Source: an uncultured Oscillospiraceae bacterium (GTDB lineage Bacteria > Bacillota > Clostridia > Oscillospirales > Oscillospiraceae). Taken from it: DNA of 64,000 nt. The position numbers and the translations under genes were made by a program. The notes beneath the pieces are model-generated. The model saw only the letters and a program-made list of their open reading frames with translations. It was not told the origin of the DNA and ran no database searches. Positions 47,506 through 57,593 of this stretch are shown here, in pieces. Location: NCBI GenBank assembly GCA_964644305.1, contig CAZXVA010000002.1, positions 4,964 to 68,963 on the forward strand, read 5' to 3'. How positions within the stretch are numbered: the stretch's first letter is position 1; every line of letters begins with the position of its first letter.

Positions 47506-48672
47506 TTATTGTGATTCGTTGGTGTACCATTCGTAGGCGCGGCGGGTGTCTTCATGCAGGGCGGCACCGGCGGAGTTGACGTCCTCGATGCTCATTTCGA
47601 GCCCCAGCGCCATGGCCGCGTCGAGATCCTTATAAGCAAGCTCGCGCAGGCGCTCAACGCCGGGGAAATCGCGCGTGGGCTCGATATAATCGGCCATGTA
47701 AATAATCTTTTCCAAAAGCGACATGTCCGGCTTGCCGGTGGTATGCCAGCGGATGGCCTCATAAACCTCATCGGACACACCGAACACATCGCGCGCGAGA
47801 GCGGCGCCTGTGACGGCGTGGAGGAGCTTGTTGTTGGCAAGCTGAACTTCATCGCAGATAATATCATATTTTTCGCACAATATCAACTGCTCATCGCGGG
47901 TGAGCTTTTTGGTGATATCATGGAGTATGCCCGCTTCGGCGGCGTTTTCGGCGTTCTCGCCGTAGTGCATGGCAAGGCGCACGGCCTCGCTTTCGCACCC
48001 GGCCACGTGCGCCACGCGCTTGGCCGTGAGATAGGGCTTGACCGCCTCGCGCAGCCAGCACAGCTCCGGCAGAGCGTCATAATAGCGGCGGCGGATTATC
48101 TCGGCATAGACCTCGCTGTCCAAAAGATCCGAGCCGAGGCGCAGACGCAGCCACACGCGAATTTCGCTTGAACTCATGGGGAGAGGCGCATGCTCCAAGA
48201 GCGTCACGCGCGCGCCGTATTCGCGCGCGAGATGGTCACGATGGGCGCGAAGAGTGTCCAAATCGTCCTCCTCACGCGAGACCACAGCCAAGCGGCAGGT
48301 GTCGAGGAGGAAGCGGAAATCATACCACTCTTCAAAGGTCAAAAGCATGTCCGAGCCGACGACGAGGCACAGCTCATCATCGGGATAAGCCAATTTCAGC
48401 TCGCGCACGGTGTCGGCGGTGTAGCTTTTGCCTTGGCGGTTTATCTCCATGTCGGAAATCTCCGCGTTTTCAAGCGAGCGGAAGTTGAGGCGGCACAGCT
48501 CAAGCCGCTGCTGCGGCGTGGGGCAGTCCGGCTCCATGCTTTTGTGGGGCGGGATATTGTCGGGAATGATCAAAAGCTTATCGGGGGCAAGCTCGGCCAC
48601 GACCGAACGCGCGGCCTCCAAATGCCCCAAATGCGGCGGGTTGAAGCTGCCGCCGTAGATGGCAAGCGTCAT
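47506..48672 (-). CDS. nadD: Fusion protein: nicotinate-nucleotide adenylyltransferase (NadD) N-terminal half plus YqeK HD-domain phosphohydrolase C-terminal half
   Basis: The N-terminus IYGGSFNPPHLGHLEAA is the NadD signature. The second half has the HD motif (AGILHDITKK) and matches the YqeK pattern. It is one 388-aa frame. Confidence 0.85.
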   Translation of the reverse strand: MTLAIYGGSFNPPHLGHLEAARSVVAELAPDKLLIIPDNIPPHKSMEPDCPTPQQRLELCRLNFRSLENAEISDMEINRQGKSYTADTVRELKLAYPDDELCLVVGSDMLLTFEEWYDFRFLLDTCRLAVVSREEDDLDTLRAHRDHLAREYGARVTLLEHAPLPMSSSEIRVWLRLRLGSDLLDSEVYAEIIRRRYYDALPELCWLREAVKPYLTAKRVAHVAGCESEAVRLAMHYGENAENAAEAGILHDITKKLTRDEQLILCEKYDIICDEVQLANNKLLHAVTGAALARDVFGVSDEVYEAIRWHTTGKPDMSLLEKIIYMADYIEPTRDFPGVERLRELAYKDLDAAMALGLEMSIEDVNSAGAALHEDTRRAYEWYTNESQ

Positions 48673-48977
48673 TTCTTTTTGTCCTTTACAAGCTCGATTT
48701 TCGGCTCTTTGGGGTTGCGTTTATAAAGCACGAACTTCGTGCCGATGACCTGAACCTGCTCGGCCTTGCAGGCCTCGCTGAGGGCATCGCACGCTTCGCG
48801 CGCGGTGAGCATGGAGTTTTCGAGCACCTTGCCCTTGACAAGCTCTCTGGCGCGCAGGGCGTTGGAAACGGACTCGATGACGGTATCCGTCACGCCGCCC
48901 TTTCCGATTTGGATGATGGTGTCCTCGTGCATGGCGAGGGAGCGGAGCTGCGCCCGCTGTTTACTTGTTATCGGCAT
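48669..48977 (-). CDS. yhbY: YhbY/YqeI-like CRM-domain RNA-binding protein
   Basis: MPITSKQRAQLRSLAMHEDTIIQIGKGGVTDTVIESVSNALRARELVKGKV... There is a 4-nt overlap with the downstream nadD start. Confidence 0.88.
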   Translation of the reverse strand: MPITSKQRAQLRSLAMHEDTIIQIGKGGVTDTVIESVSNALRARELVKGKVLENSMLTAREACDALSEACKAEQVQVIGTKFVLYKRNPKEPKIELVKDKKK

Positions 48978-49566
48978 TGATATGCTCCTTTAAGACAATC
49001 ATGAATTTTTGCAGCGCCTTGCCGCGGTGGGATATGGCGTTTTTTTCGTCCGGGGTGAGCTCGGCCATGCTGACAGCATAGCCCGCGGGGCGAAAAACGG
49101 GGTCATAGCCGAAGCCGTTTTCGCCGCGGGGGGCGAAGAGAATGTCGCCCTCGCACTCCCCTCTTGCGCGCAAAACCGCGCCGTCGGGGAAGGTGCAGCA
49201 GATGCAGGAGACAAAGCGCGCAGTGCGCTTTTGCTCATCGCCGAGCTTGGAGAGGAGATATTGATAGCGCTCGGCGTCGGTTTTGACCTCGGGCGCGCCG
49301 TAGCGCGCGGAGTATATGCCCGGCTCGCCGCCGAGCGCGTCCACCACGAGGCCGGAATCGTCCGCCACGGCGGCGCAGCCCGTCGCGGCGGTGACGGCGG
49401 CGGCCTTGAGGTAAGAGTTTTCCTCGAAGGTGGTGCCGGTTTCGTCGACCTCGAAGTCACAGCCGGCCTCGCGTTGGGAGATGAGGGCGATATCCAGCCC
49501 CTCGGTCATGGCGCGAAACTCGGAATATTTATGCGCGTTGTTGCTTGCAAGAATCAGCTTCATCAT
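48961..49566 (-). CDS. rdgB: XTP/dITP diphosphatase (RdgB/HAM1 family)
   Basis: KLILASNNAHKYSEF..., FEENSYLKA, GENGFGYDPVF and ISHRGKAL motifs. Confidence 0.92.
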   Translation of the reverse strand: MMKLILASNNAHKYSEFRAMTEGLDIALISQREAGCDFEVDETGTTFEENSYLKAAAVTAATGCAAVADDSGLVVDALGGEPGIYSARYGAPEVKTDAERYQYLLSKLGDEQKRTARFVSCICCTFPDGAVLRARGECEGDILFAPRGENGFGYDPVFRPAGYAVSMAELTPDEKNAISHRGKALQKFMIVLKEHINADNK

Positions 49567-50468
49567 TTGAACAGTGCCTCTACGTAATTTTTCGCGTCGA
49601 AGGGAATCAAATCATCCGCGCCCTCGCCGACGCCGACAAGCTTGACGGGGACGCCGAGTTCGGCGGCGATGGGAAAGACGATGCCGCCCTTGGCCGTGCC
49701 GTCGAGCTTGGTGAGGACGATGCCGGTGAGCCCGGCGGTGTTTTTGAACTCCTTGGCCTGAATGAGGCCGTTTTGCCCGGTGGTGGCGTCGAGCACCAAG
49801 AGGGTTTCGACGGCGGCGGCGGGCAGCTCGCGGTCGATGATGCGGCGGATTTTGGCCAGCTCGTTCATGAGATTGGCCTTGTTATGAAGCCGGCCGGCGG
49901 TGTCGATGATGACAATGTCGCTTTTGCGCGCCTTGGCGGCGGAAAGCGCGTCGAACACCACGGCGGCGGGGTCACTCCCCTCTTCATGGCGGACGATGTC
50001 CGCCCCGGAGCGCTCAGCCCATATTCCGAGCTGCTCGGCGGCGGCGGCGCGGAAGGTGTCCCCCGCGCAGAGGAGAACCTTTTTCCCCTCGGCGACAAAA
50101 CGCTTGGCGAGCTTGCCGATGGTGGTGGTTTTGCCGACGCCGTTGACGCCGACCATGAGAATGACGGCGGGCTTGGTGTCCAGCTTCAGGGAGGGGTCAT
50201 TGACCGAGAGCATGTCGGAAAGCAGCTCAACAAGCCCCTCGCGCGCCTCATAGCCCTTGCGGAAGCGCCGCTCCCACGTCATTTTTTTGAGCGCCTGAAT
50301 TATCTTGTCCGCCGTGACGGCGCCCACGTCGCTCATCACGAGCAGGTCTTCAAGGTCGTCATAAAAGGTGTCACTGTCCGGCTGATAGTCTTGGAAAAGC
50401 TCTTCAAGCTCGGCCATGTTGTTGCGGGTTTTCGTCAGGCCGGAAAAAATCTTGTCGAATAAGCCCAT
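49563..50468 (-). CDS. ftsY: Signal recognition particle receptor FtsY (short NG-only form)
   Basis: [16 protein letters not shown]-loop, [19 protein letters not shown]. Confidence 0.95.
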   Translation of the reverse strand: MGLFDKIFSGLTKTRNNMAELEELFQDYQPDSDTFYDDLEDLLVMSDVGAVTADKIIQALKKMTWERRFRKGYEAREGLVELLSDMLSVNDPSLKLDTKPAVILMVGVNGVGKTTTIGKLAKRFVAEGKKVLLCAGDTFRAAAAEQLGIWAERSGADIVRHEEGSDPAAVVFDALSAAKARKSDIVIIDTAGRLHNKANLMNELAKIRRIIDRELPAAAVETLLVLDATTGQNGLIQAKEFKNTAGLTGIVLTKLDGTAKGGIVFPIAAELGVPVKLVGVGEGADDLIPFDAKNYVEALFK

Positions 50469-50483
50469 GGGTTGCCTCCTAAG

Positions 50484-53400
50484 TTATTCCTCAATTGTTT
50501 TCTGCGCGGCTTCAAGGTCAAGCTCGATGACGCTTGAAACGCCCTTTTCCTGCATGGTGACGCCGTAAAGCATGTCGGCCTCTTCCATGGTGCCGCGGCG
50601 GTGGGTGATGACGAGAAACTGGGTTTTGTCGGCCATGCGGCGCATATACTGCGCGTAGCGGTCGACATTGGCTTCGTCCAGTGCCGCCTCGATTTCGTCC
50701 ATGACGCAAAAGGGCGTGGGGCGGACTTTCAAGATGGCAAAGTACAGCGCGATGGCCACAAACGCCATTTCGCCGCCGGAGAGCAGGCTGATGTTGGAAA
50801 GCGCCTTGCCGGGGGGCTGGACCTTGATGTCAATGCCGCAGTTGAGAACGTCGTTTTCGTCCTCCAATATGAGCGCGGCCTTGCCGCCGCCGAAAAGCTC
50901 CAAAAACGTTTGGCGGAAGCAGGTGTCAATCTCTTTGAAGCGCGCGGTGAACACGGACTTCATTTCGCCCGTGATGTCGCTGATGATGCCGACAAGCTCT
51001 GACTTTGCCTTGTTGACGTCGTCGCGCTGCTCGGCGAGGAACTCATAGCGGGTGTTGACGCGCTCATATTCCTCGATTGCGCCGAGGTTCGGGCTGCCGA
51101 GGGCGGAAATGTCCCGCCGAAGCTCGTTGATGGCGCGGTTGGCCTTTTGCAGATTCGGCACCTCCTGCCGGAGGGCGTTTGCCGCGCTGTGGCTGAGCTC
51201 GTAATTATCCCAAAGCTTGTCGAGAATCGACTTTTCCTCCAGCTCAGAGGCGAGGCGCTTTTGCTCAATGCGCGCGTTTTGGCGCTCAAGCTCCAAAATG
51301 TCGGCATTGCGCTGTTGGGCGGTTTTGTCGTTTTGAGTGCGCTTGCCCTCCAGCTCCAGCTTGCGGGCGGAGATATCCGCGATTTCGGCGCGGATGAGGG
51401 CGATTTTCTCATTCATGCCTTTGAGCTGAAGCTCTTTTTCGGCCTGACGGGCGCGGAAATCGGCAATGCGCCGCTCGTGCGTTTCTACGAGCGCGCGGCG
51501 CTGCTCGCTGTCGCCGGAGAGGCCGGCGAGCAGGGTGTTGAGCTGGGCGGCGGAGTTCTCCGTGGCGCGCATTTCGGCCTCGAAGGAGGAACGGCGGCTT
51601 TTAAGCTCGGCTTGATCTTCAAGCGCCATGTCCAAGTCATAGCGCACCTTGGCGAGGTTGGACTTGGCGCGCTCGGCTTCGTCGGCGTATTCCTTTTCGC
51701 GCGCGGTCAGCTTTTCGCGCTGCTTTTTCAGCTTTTCAAGCTCATTGGCGCGGGAGAGAATGCCGCTGCCCTTGGCGGCACTGCCGCCGGTCATTGAGCC
51801 GCCGGCATTTATGAGCTGACCGTCAAGCGTGACAATGCGGAAGGCGTTGCCGCTTTTTTTGGCCATGCGCACGGCGTCTGCGAGCGATTCCGCGACGACG
51901 GTGCGCCCCAAAAGATTGGTGAAAACATTTTTATATTTCTCGTCATAGCGCACAAGCTCAGACGCGATGCCGACGAAGCCGGGGTCGGCTTCGGGCGCGT
52001 TTGAAAGGACAGAGCCGCGAATCGCGTCGAGCGGGAGGAAGGTGGCGCGCCCGGCGTCCATGCGCTTTAGAAGCTCGATGGCACTGCGGCCGTCATTTTG
52101 CGAATCGACGACGATGTTCTGCGCCGCCGCGCCGAGGGCGGTTTCGATGGCGAGGGCGCACTCGGCGTCCGCGCGCACGAGGTTGGCCGCAGGGCCGTGA
52201 ACGCCGCGCAGATTGCCGCGCGCGGATTCACGCATGACGGTTTTGACGGCCTTGGAATAGCCCTCGAAGTCCTTTTCCATCTCGGTGAGCATGGCGATGC
52301 GCGAGTCCATGCTGCGCGCGTCGATTTGCAGCTTGGTGGCGCGCTCGGTTGCCATGGCGAGGGCGTCCTCGCGGCTTTTGAGCTTCATGCGGCAGCCGTC
52401 GAGCACGTTTTTGTTCGACTGCTCGTCCTCGGCGAGGGCGGCAAGCTCGTTTTTCAGCTCTCTTATGCGCGCCTCGGCGGCGGCGAGATTGCCGCGCAGC
52501 TCGCCGACGCGGCTTTCCTGCTCGTCAAGCTCTTTGAGCATGCGCTCTTTGCTTTCGATGCTGCTTTCGACATTGGCCTTGATGACGGCGACGTTGGCCT
52601 CGCATTCGGCCGCCGCGCTTTCGGCGGCGGAAAGACGCTCGCGCGCGGCCTCGCTTTCAATGTCTTTTTGGTGCATGCGCTCGGAAATGCCATCGGAGGA
52701 GGCATAAAGCGCCTCCAGCTCGCGCCGCGCCTTGTCAAGCGCTTGGGAAAGCTGGGCATATTCAAGGTCAACCGCCGCGGACTGCTCATGGAGCTTATCC
52801 AGCGTCGTCATCCAGACGGAGATTTCCTGAATTCGCAGCTCGTCGCGGAGCTTGAGATAGCGCTTGGCGGTCTCCGACTGCTTTTTCAGCGGGCCGACCT
52901 GCATTTCAAGCTCTTCGATTTTGTCATTTATGCGAAGGAGGTTTTCCTCGGTTTTGGCGAGCTTGTGCTCGGCCTCTTCCTTGCGGTAGCGATAGCGCGA
53001 GATGCCGGCGGCCTCCTCGAAAATCTCGCGCCGGTCGGCGCTTTTGGAGGAGACAATGTCGGCAATGCGCCCCTGGCCGATGATGGAATATCCGTCGCGG
53101 CCGAGGCCGGTGTCCATCAAAAGGCTGTTAATGTCCTTGAGGCGGACGGGCTGCTTGTTGATGTAATACTCGCTGTCGCCGCTGCGGTAATAGCGGCGGG
53201 TGAGCATGATTTCGCTGCTGTCACTCTGGAAAATGTGGGCGGAATTGTCGATGATAAGGCTGACCTGCGCAAAGCCGAGTGCGCCGCGCTTTTCCGTGCC
53301 GCCGAAGATGACATCCTCCATCTTGCTGCCGCGCAGTGCCTTGGTGCGCTGCTCGCCCATGACCCAAAGAATGGCGTCGGAAATGTTCGACTTGCCCGAG

Positions 53401-53501
53401 CCGTTCGGACCGACGATGGCGGTGATATCCTTTTCAAATGTGAGGCGGGTCTTCTCCGCGAAGGATTTGAAGCCCTGAATCTCCAATGCTTTTAAGTACA
53501 A
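50484..53501 (-). CDS. smc: Chromosome segregation protein SMC, about 1,005 aa
   Basis: TTG 53501 (GAGGT RBS) gives MYLKALEIQGFKSFAEKT. Walker A GPNGSGKSN, hinge region, signature LSGGE, Walker B FCVMDEIEAALD. The maximum ORF is only 1,016 aa. Confidence 0.92.
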   Translation of the reverse strand: MYLKALEIQGFKSFAEKTRLTFEKDITAIVGPNGSGKSNISDAILWVMGEQRTKALRGSKMEDVIFGGTEKRGALGFAQVSLIIDNSAHIFQSDSSEIMLTRRYYRSGDSEYYINKQPVRLKDINSLLMDTGLGRDGYSIIGQGRIADIVSSKSADRREIFEEAAGISRYRYRKEEAEHKLAKTEENLLRINDKIEELEMQVGPLKKQSETAKRYLKLRDELRIQEISVWMTTLDKLHEQSAAVDLEYAQLSQALDKARRELEALYASSDGISERMHQKDIESEAARERLSAAESAAAECEANVAVIKANVESSIESKERMLKELDEQESRVGELRGNLAAAEARIRELKNELAALAEDEQSNKNVLDGCRMKLKSREDALAMATERATKLQIDARSMDSRIAMLTEMEKDFEGYSKAVKTVMRESARGNLRGVHGPAANLVRADAECALAIETALGAAAQNIVVDSQNDGRSAIELLKRMDAGRATFLPLDAIRGSVLSNAPEADPGFVGIASELVRYDEKYKNVFTNLLGRTVVAESLADAVRMAKKSGNAFRIVTLDGQLINAGGSMTGGSAAKGSGILSRANELEKLKKQREKLTAREKEYADEAERAKSNLAKVRYDLDMALEDQAELKSRRSSFEAEMRATENSAAQLNTLLAGLSGDSEQRRALVETHERRIADFRARQAEKELQLKGMNEKIALIRAEIADISARKLELEGKRTQNDKTAQQRNADILELERQNARIEQKRLASELEEKSILDKLWDNYELSHSAANALRQEVPNLQKANRAINELRRDISALGSPNLGAIEEYERVNTRYEFLAEQRDDVNKAKSELVGIISDITGEMKSVFTARFKEIDTCFRQTFLELFGGGKAALILEDENDVLNCGIDIKVQPPGKALSNISLLSGGEMAFVAIALYFAILKVRPTPFCVMDEIEAALDEANVDRYAQYMRRMADKTQFLVITHRRGTMEEADMLYGVTMQEKGVSSVIELDLEAAQKTIEE

Positions 53502-53553
53502 ATGAATAACCTCATTATCATAATCGCTTAACAAACGCTAACGATATATTATA

Positions 53554-54588
53554 CTATACTTCTTCGCCTGTTTCAACCGAAAGTATTACGATTTCGCCGG
53601 GTTTGACATCGGCGGGGCGGATTTTGAGCGAGGCAAGGTCAAATTGAGCCGTGAGGGCGGCGATATTGCCCCGGTGCTGACCCGCCATTTGGCTGATTTG
53701 CTTTGAATTGACGCCGATGGTGACGGCGGAACGGGGTGCAACGGCGGCGGCGCGGAGTTTATCGCGCGCGGCGTCGAGCATGATGCGCGCCTTGACGAGC
53801 TCGCCCAAGGCGGGATGATATGCGCCCCCCGCCGCCGCGCCGCCGGACAGCTCGTCCGTGGGGTTGAGCCCCATGCGGATTATGGGAATGCCCGCCCTTT
53901 CAAACAGCGGCACGAGCGCGGCGCAGTAATCCACGGCGGCGTCCACCGTGTGCTCTTGATAAAGCCCGGCTTGCCACAGGTCATATAGCGCGGTGTCGCG
54001 GACGATGACGGTGGGGTAAATGCGCACACCGTCGGGGTTTAAGGCGATAATGCGGCGCGCGGTGTCGATTGCGCGCGCCTTCGTGTCGCCCGGCAGGCCG
54101 GTCATCATCTGCAAAATGAGGCGAAAGCCGGCGGCTTTAATCATTCGGGAGGCGTTTTCAACATCAATCGCGGTGTGCCCGCGCCCGGAGAGGGCGAGAA
54201 CCTCATCGCACATTGACTGCGCGCCGAGCTCGATGGTCTCGACGCCGTAATCACGCAGGCGGTTCAAAATCGCGCCGTCAATGGCGTCGGGGCGGGTGGA
54301 AAGACGCAGGGCGTCAATGTCGCCCGCGTCGAGGCGGCGCTTTGCCGCCGACAAAAGGGCGAGCTGCTCCGGCACGGGAATGGCGGTGAAGCTGCCCCCG
54401 TAAAACGCCAATTGCCGCTTTGCCCCGACGGGGAGCAAGGCGGCGGCGGAGTCTATGGCTTTGTTGACATCGTCGGCGGTGGCGGGCTTGGTGCTGCCGG
54501 AAATGCGGCGCTGGTTGCAGAACACGCAGTCATTCGGGCAGCCCAGATGCGGCACGAACACCGGGATGACGCACTCGCGCGCGCTCAT
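53554..54588 (-). CDS. Radical SAM protein (ELP3-like radical SAM domain family commonly found between rnc and smc in Clostridia)
   Basis: The N-terminal CPNDCVFC cluster (CxxxCxxC) lies in VFVPHLGCPNDCVFCNQRRISG. 344 aa. Confidence 0.8.
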   Translation of the reverse strand: MSARECVIPVFVPHLGCPNDCVFCNQRRISGSTKPATADDVNKAIDSAAALLPVGAKRQLAFYGGSFTAIPVPEQLALLSAAKRRLDAGDIDALRLSTRPDAIDGAILNRLRDYGVETIELGAQSMCDEVLALSGRGHTAIDVENASRMIKAAGFRLILQMMTGLPGDTKARAIDTARRIIALNPDGVRIYPTVIVRDTALYDLWQAGLYQEHTVDAAVDYCAALVPLFERAGIPIIRMGLNPTDELSGGAAAGGAYHPALGELVKARIMLDAARDKLRAAAVAPRSAVTIGVNSKQISQMAGQHRGNIAALTAQFDLASLKIRPADVKPGEIVILSVETGEEV

Positions 54589-55262
54589 GCGTTCAGCGCC
54601 TCCAGCGCGCAGCCGGCGGCCATCTGCTCGGCCTCTTTTTTGGTGCGGCCGCTGCCCTCACCGGCGGGCTTGCCGTTGACGAGGACGCGATAAGAAAAGG
54701 TTTTGCAATGGTCGGGGCCGGTTTCGCCGATGAGCTCATAGCTGACGTGACCCCCGGCGGTTTGCTGAACAAGCTCTTGCAGGCGGGTTTTATAGTCGGC
54801 GGAGCGGTGCTTTTCGTCAAGCTCGGCATGGGCGAGAATGCGCTCAAGAATGAAGCGGCGGGATTCGTCCATGCTACCGGAATCAATGTACATCGCGGCG
54901 ATGACGGACTCGACCATGTCGGCCAAAATCGAGGCGCGCTTGCGCCCGCCGGTGTGCTCTTCACCCCGGCCGAGGCGCATGTATTCCCCCAGTCCAAGCT
55001 CCAGCGCGACGGCGTGGAGATTCGCCTCGCACACAAGCTCGGCGCGCAGACGCGTCATGCGCCCTTCGGGCAGCTTCGGCTCATGGTGATAGAGAAAGTC
55101 CGCCGTGACAAGGCCGAGGATGGAGTCGCCCAAAAACTCCAGCCGCTCATAGCTTTGCACATCGCCGTGGTGCTCGTTGGCATAGGACGAGTGCGTGAGC
55201 GCGGTTTGGAGGAGGTGTTTATTGTTGAAAGTATAGCCGATTTTCGCTTCAAGCCTGTTCAT
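54585..55262 (-). CDS. rnc: Ribonuclease III
   Basis: The signature ERLEFLGDSILG and a C-terminal dsRBD (GPDHCKTFSYRVLVNGKPAGEGSGRTKKEAEQ). Confidence 0.95.
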   Translation of the reverse strand: MNRLEAKIGYTFNNKHLLQTALTHSSYANEHHGDVQSYERLEFLGDSILGLVTADFLYHHEPKLPEGRMTRLRAELVCEANLHAVALELGLGEYMRLGRGEEHTGGRKRASILADMVESVIAAMYIDSGSMDESRRFILERILAHAELDEKHRSADYKTRLQELVQQTAGGHVSYELIGETGPDHCKTFSYRVLVNGKPAGEGSGRTKKEAEQMAAGCALEALNA

Positions 55263-56277
55263 TTTCGCCGTCGCCCTTCAGCTTCATGTATTCAATGTTC
55301 TCGTTTATATCGGCGATGAGGCCGGATTCGGCAAACTTGACCGCCTGACGCACAGCGGAGAATATGCTCGCGGCATTGGATGAGCCGTGCGCCTTTATCA
55401 CCGGCTTTGAAATGCCGATGAGCGCCGTGCCGCCGACCTCATTGACGTCCATGGATTTTTTCATGGCGGCAAGGTTGTTTTTCAGCACTGCGGCGGCGAG
55501 CTTGTTGACGGTGTTTTTATAAAACACGCCCTTGAGCGCGCCCATCATGAATTTTATCGCGCCCTCGGTGGTTTTCAAGAGGACGTTGCCGGTGAACCCG
55601 TCGGAGACTATGACATCGGCCTTGCCGGCGAAAGCATCCGTCCCCTCGACGTTGCCGATGAAGTTGATTCTGCCCTCTTCGTGCGCCTTTTTCATGAGCG
55701 CGAACGCCTGATGCTGCAAGGCGCCGCCCTTTGAGTCCTCGGTGCCGACGTTCAAAAGGCCGACGCGGGGAGAGTCACAGCCCATGAGCTTCTTTGCGTA
55801 AAAGCTGCCCATGAAGGCAAACTGCAAGAGGTATTCCGCCGTGCATTCGACGTTCGCCCCGCAGTCGATGAGCATGGTGCCGTGCTCCCCCGCCGGCAAA
55901 ACCGGCGCGAGTGCGGCGCGGCGAATGCCGCGAATGCGCTTGACGGTGAGCGTGGCGCCGGTCAGGAGTGCGCCGGTGCTGCCGGCGGAGACAACCGCGT
56001 CGCCCTTGCCGTCTTTCAGCATGGTGAGCGCAACGGCCATGGATGAATCCTTTTTGCGGCGCGTGGCGGTGCTGGGGTCGTCGGACATGGTGATGACCTC
56101 GGTGGCATTGACAACGTCGATGCCGGTTTCGTTTTCGGCGGCGAGGCAGGCGCGAACCTTATCCTCAATGCCGACGAGCGTGACGTCCACGCCCAGCTCG
56201 CGCTTGGCGCGCACTGCACCCTTTACGATTTCCTCCGGGGCGTTGTCGCCGCCCATGGCGTCGATTATTATCCTCAC
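55249..56277 (-). CDS. plsX: Phosphate acyltransferase PlsX
   Basis: MRIIIDAMGGDNAPEEIVKGA... is a typical PlsX N-terminus. 342 aa. Confidence 0.93.
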   Translation of the reverse strand: MRIIIDAMGGDNAPEEIVKGAVRAKRELGVDVTLVGIEDKVRACLAAENETGIDVVNATEVITMSDDPSTATRRKKDSSMAVALTMLKDGKGDAVVSAGSTGALLTGATLTVKRIRGIRRAALAPVLPAGEHGTMLIDCGANVECTAEYLLQFAFMGSFYAKKLMGCDSPRVGLLNVGTEDSKGGALQHQAFALMKKAHEEGRINFIGNVEGTDAFAGKADVIVSDGFTGNVLLKTTEGAIKFMMGALKGVFYKNTVNKLAAAVLKNNLAAMKKSMDVNEVGGTALIGISKPVIKAHGSSNAASIFSAVRQAVKFAESGLIADINENIEYMKLKGDGENEQA

Positions 56278-57593
56278 AGCGCGAAAACCTCCTTAGTCAT
56301 GAGCTTATCTATGATTTCAAGCGAACGCCGGGATATCTCGGCGTTTTTGTTGCGCTTGCCCTTGACGCGATAACCCAGCGGGGTGATGATGCCGAAGTTG
56401 ATGTTCATGGGCTGGAAGTCGCCCACAGAGCCGCCGGAAATATACTCGGCGAGCGCGCCGATGGCCGTTTCCTGCGGAAAGTCGACGCTGTCAAGCCCCA
56501 GCACACGCGCGGCGGTTTCGATGCCGACGAGCATGCCGGAGGCGGCGGACTCCACATAGCCCTCAACGCCCGTCATCTGCCCGGCAAAGCTGATGCGCGG
56601 GTCAGAGCGCAGGCGGTAATACTTATCCAAAAGCTTGGGGCTGTTGAGATAGGTGTTGCGGTGCATGACACCGTAGCGGACGAAGTCCGCATTTTTGAGC
56701 GCGGGAATCATGGAGAAAACGCGCTTTTGCTCGCCCCAGGTGAGGTGCGTTTGAAAGCCGACGAGGTTATATATCGTGCCCTCGGCGTTGTCGCGGCGAA
56801 GCTGCACCACGGCGTAATTTTCGCGCCCGGTGCGCGGGTCGATGAGGCCGACGGGCTTGAGGGGGCCATAGCGCAAGGTGTCCACCCCGCGGCGCGCCAT
56901 GACCTCAACGGGCATGCACCCTTCAAACACGCCGCCGTCGTCAAAGCCGTGAACCTCGGCCTCTTTGGCCGAGACAAGCTCGCTGACGAAGGCCAGATAT
57001 TCGTCCTTGTCCATCGGGCAGTTTGCATAATCCGCCGTGCCCTTGTCGTAGCGCGAGGCGAAGAAGGCGCTGTCCATGTCCACGCTATCGAGTGTGACGA
57101 TGGGGGCGACGGCGTCATAAAAATGCAGGTCGCTGTCCGGGCAAAGAGCGGCGATTTTGTCGGCAATGGCGTCGCTTGAAAGCGGGCCTGTCGCGATGAC
57201 GACCTCGCCGTCGGGGATTTCGGTGGCCTCGGCGCGGATAATCTCGACATTTTCGGCGTTTTCGAGCTTGGCGGTGATATAGCGGGAAAAGCCCTCGCGG
57301 TCAACGGCGAGCGCGCCGCCCGCGGCCACGCGGTTTGCGTCCGCGCTTTCCATGATGAGCGAGCCCATGCGGCGCATTTCGGCCTTCAAAAGGCCGACGG
57401 CGTTGGAAAGCTCGTCACTGCGCAGGGAGTTGTAGCAGACAAGCTCGGCAAAGCCGTCTGCGGAGTGGGCGGGGGTCTTTTTTTCGGGCTTCATCTCGAC
57501 GAGGCGAACCTTGACGCCGCGTCGGCTGAGCTGCCAGGCGCATTCGCTTCCGGCAAGCCCCGCGCCGAGAACGGTTACTATTCTATCATTCAT
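56274..57593 (-). CDS. trmFO: Methylenetetrahydrofolate--tRNA-(uracil-5-)-methyltransferase TrmFO
   Basis: VLGAGLAGSECAWQL FAD-binding fold. 439 aa with Gid/TrmFO-like sequence throughout. Confidence 0.9.
   Translation of the reverse strand: MNDRIVTVLGAGLAGSECAWQLSRRGVKVRLVEMKPEKKTPAHSADGFAELVCYNSLRSDELSNAVGLLKAEMRRMGSLIMESADANRVAAGGALAVDREGFSRYITAKLENAENVEIIRAEATEIPDGEVVIATGPLSSDAIADKIAALCPDSDLHFYDAVAPIVTLDSVDMDSAFFASRYDKGTADYANCPMDKDEYLAFVSELVSAKEAEVHGFDDGGVFEGCMPVEVMARRGVDTLRYGPLKPVGLIDPRTGRENYAVVQLRRDNAEGTIYNLVGFQTHLTWGEQKRVFSMIPALKNADFVRYGVMHRNTYLNSPKLLDKYYRLRSDPRISFAGQMTGVEGYVESAASGMLVGIETAARVLGLDSVDFPQETAIGALAEYISGGSVGDFQPMNINFGIITPLGYRVKGKRNKNAEISRRSLEIIDKLMTKEVFAL

Noticed and set aside
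53554-54588. The radical SAM gene as part of a RiPP or sactipeptide cluster.
   Set aside because: It sits in the conserved rnc - radical SAM - smc - ftsY housekeeping arrangement. There is no precursor peptide, transporter or protease nearby.
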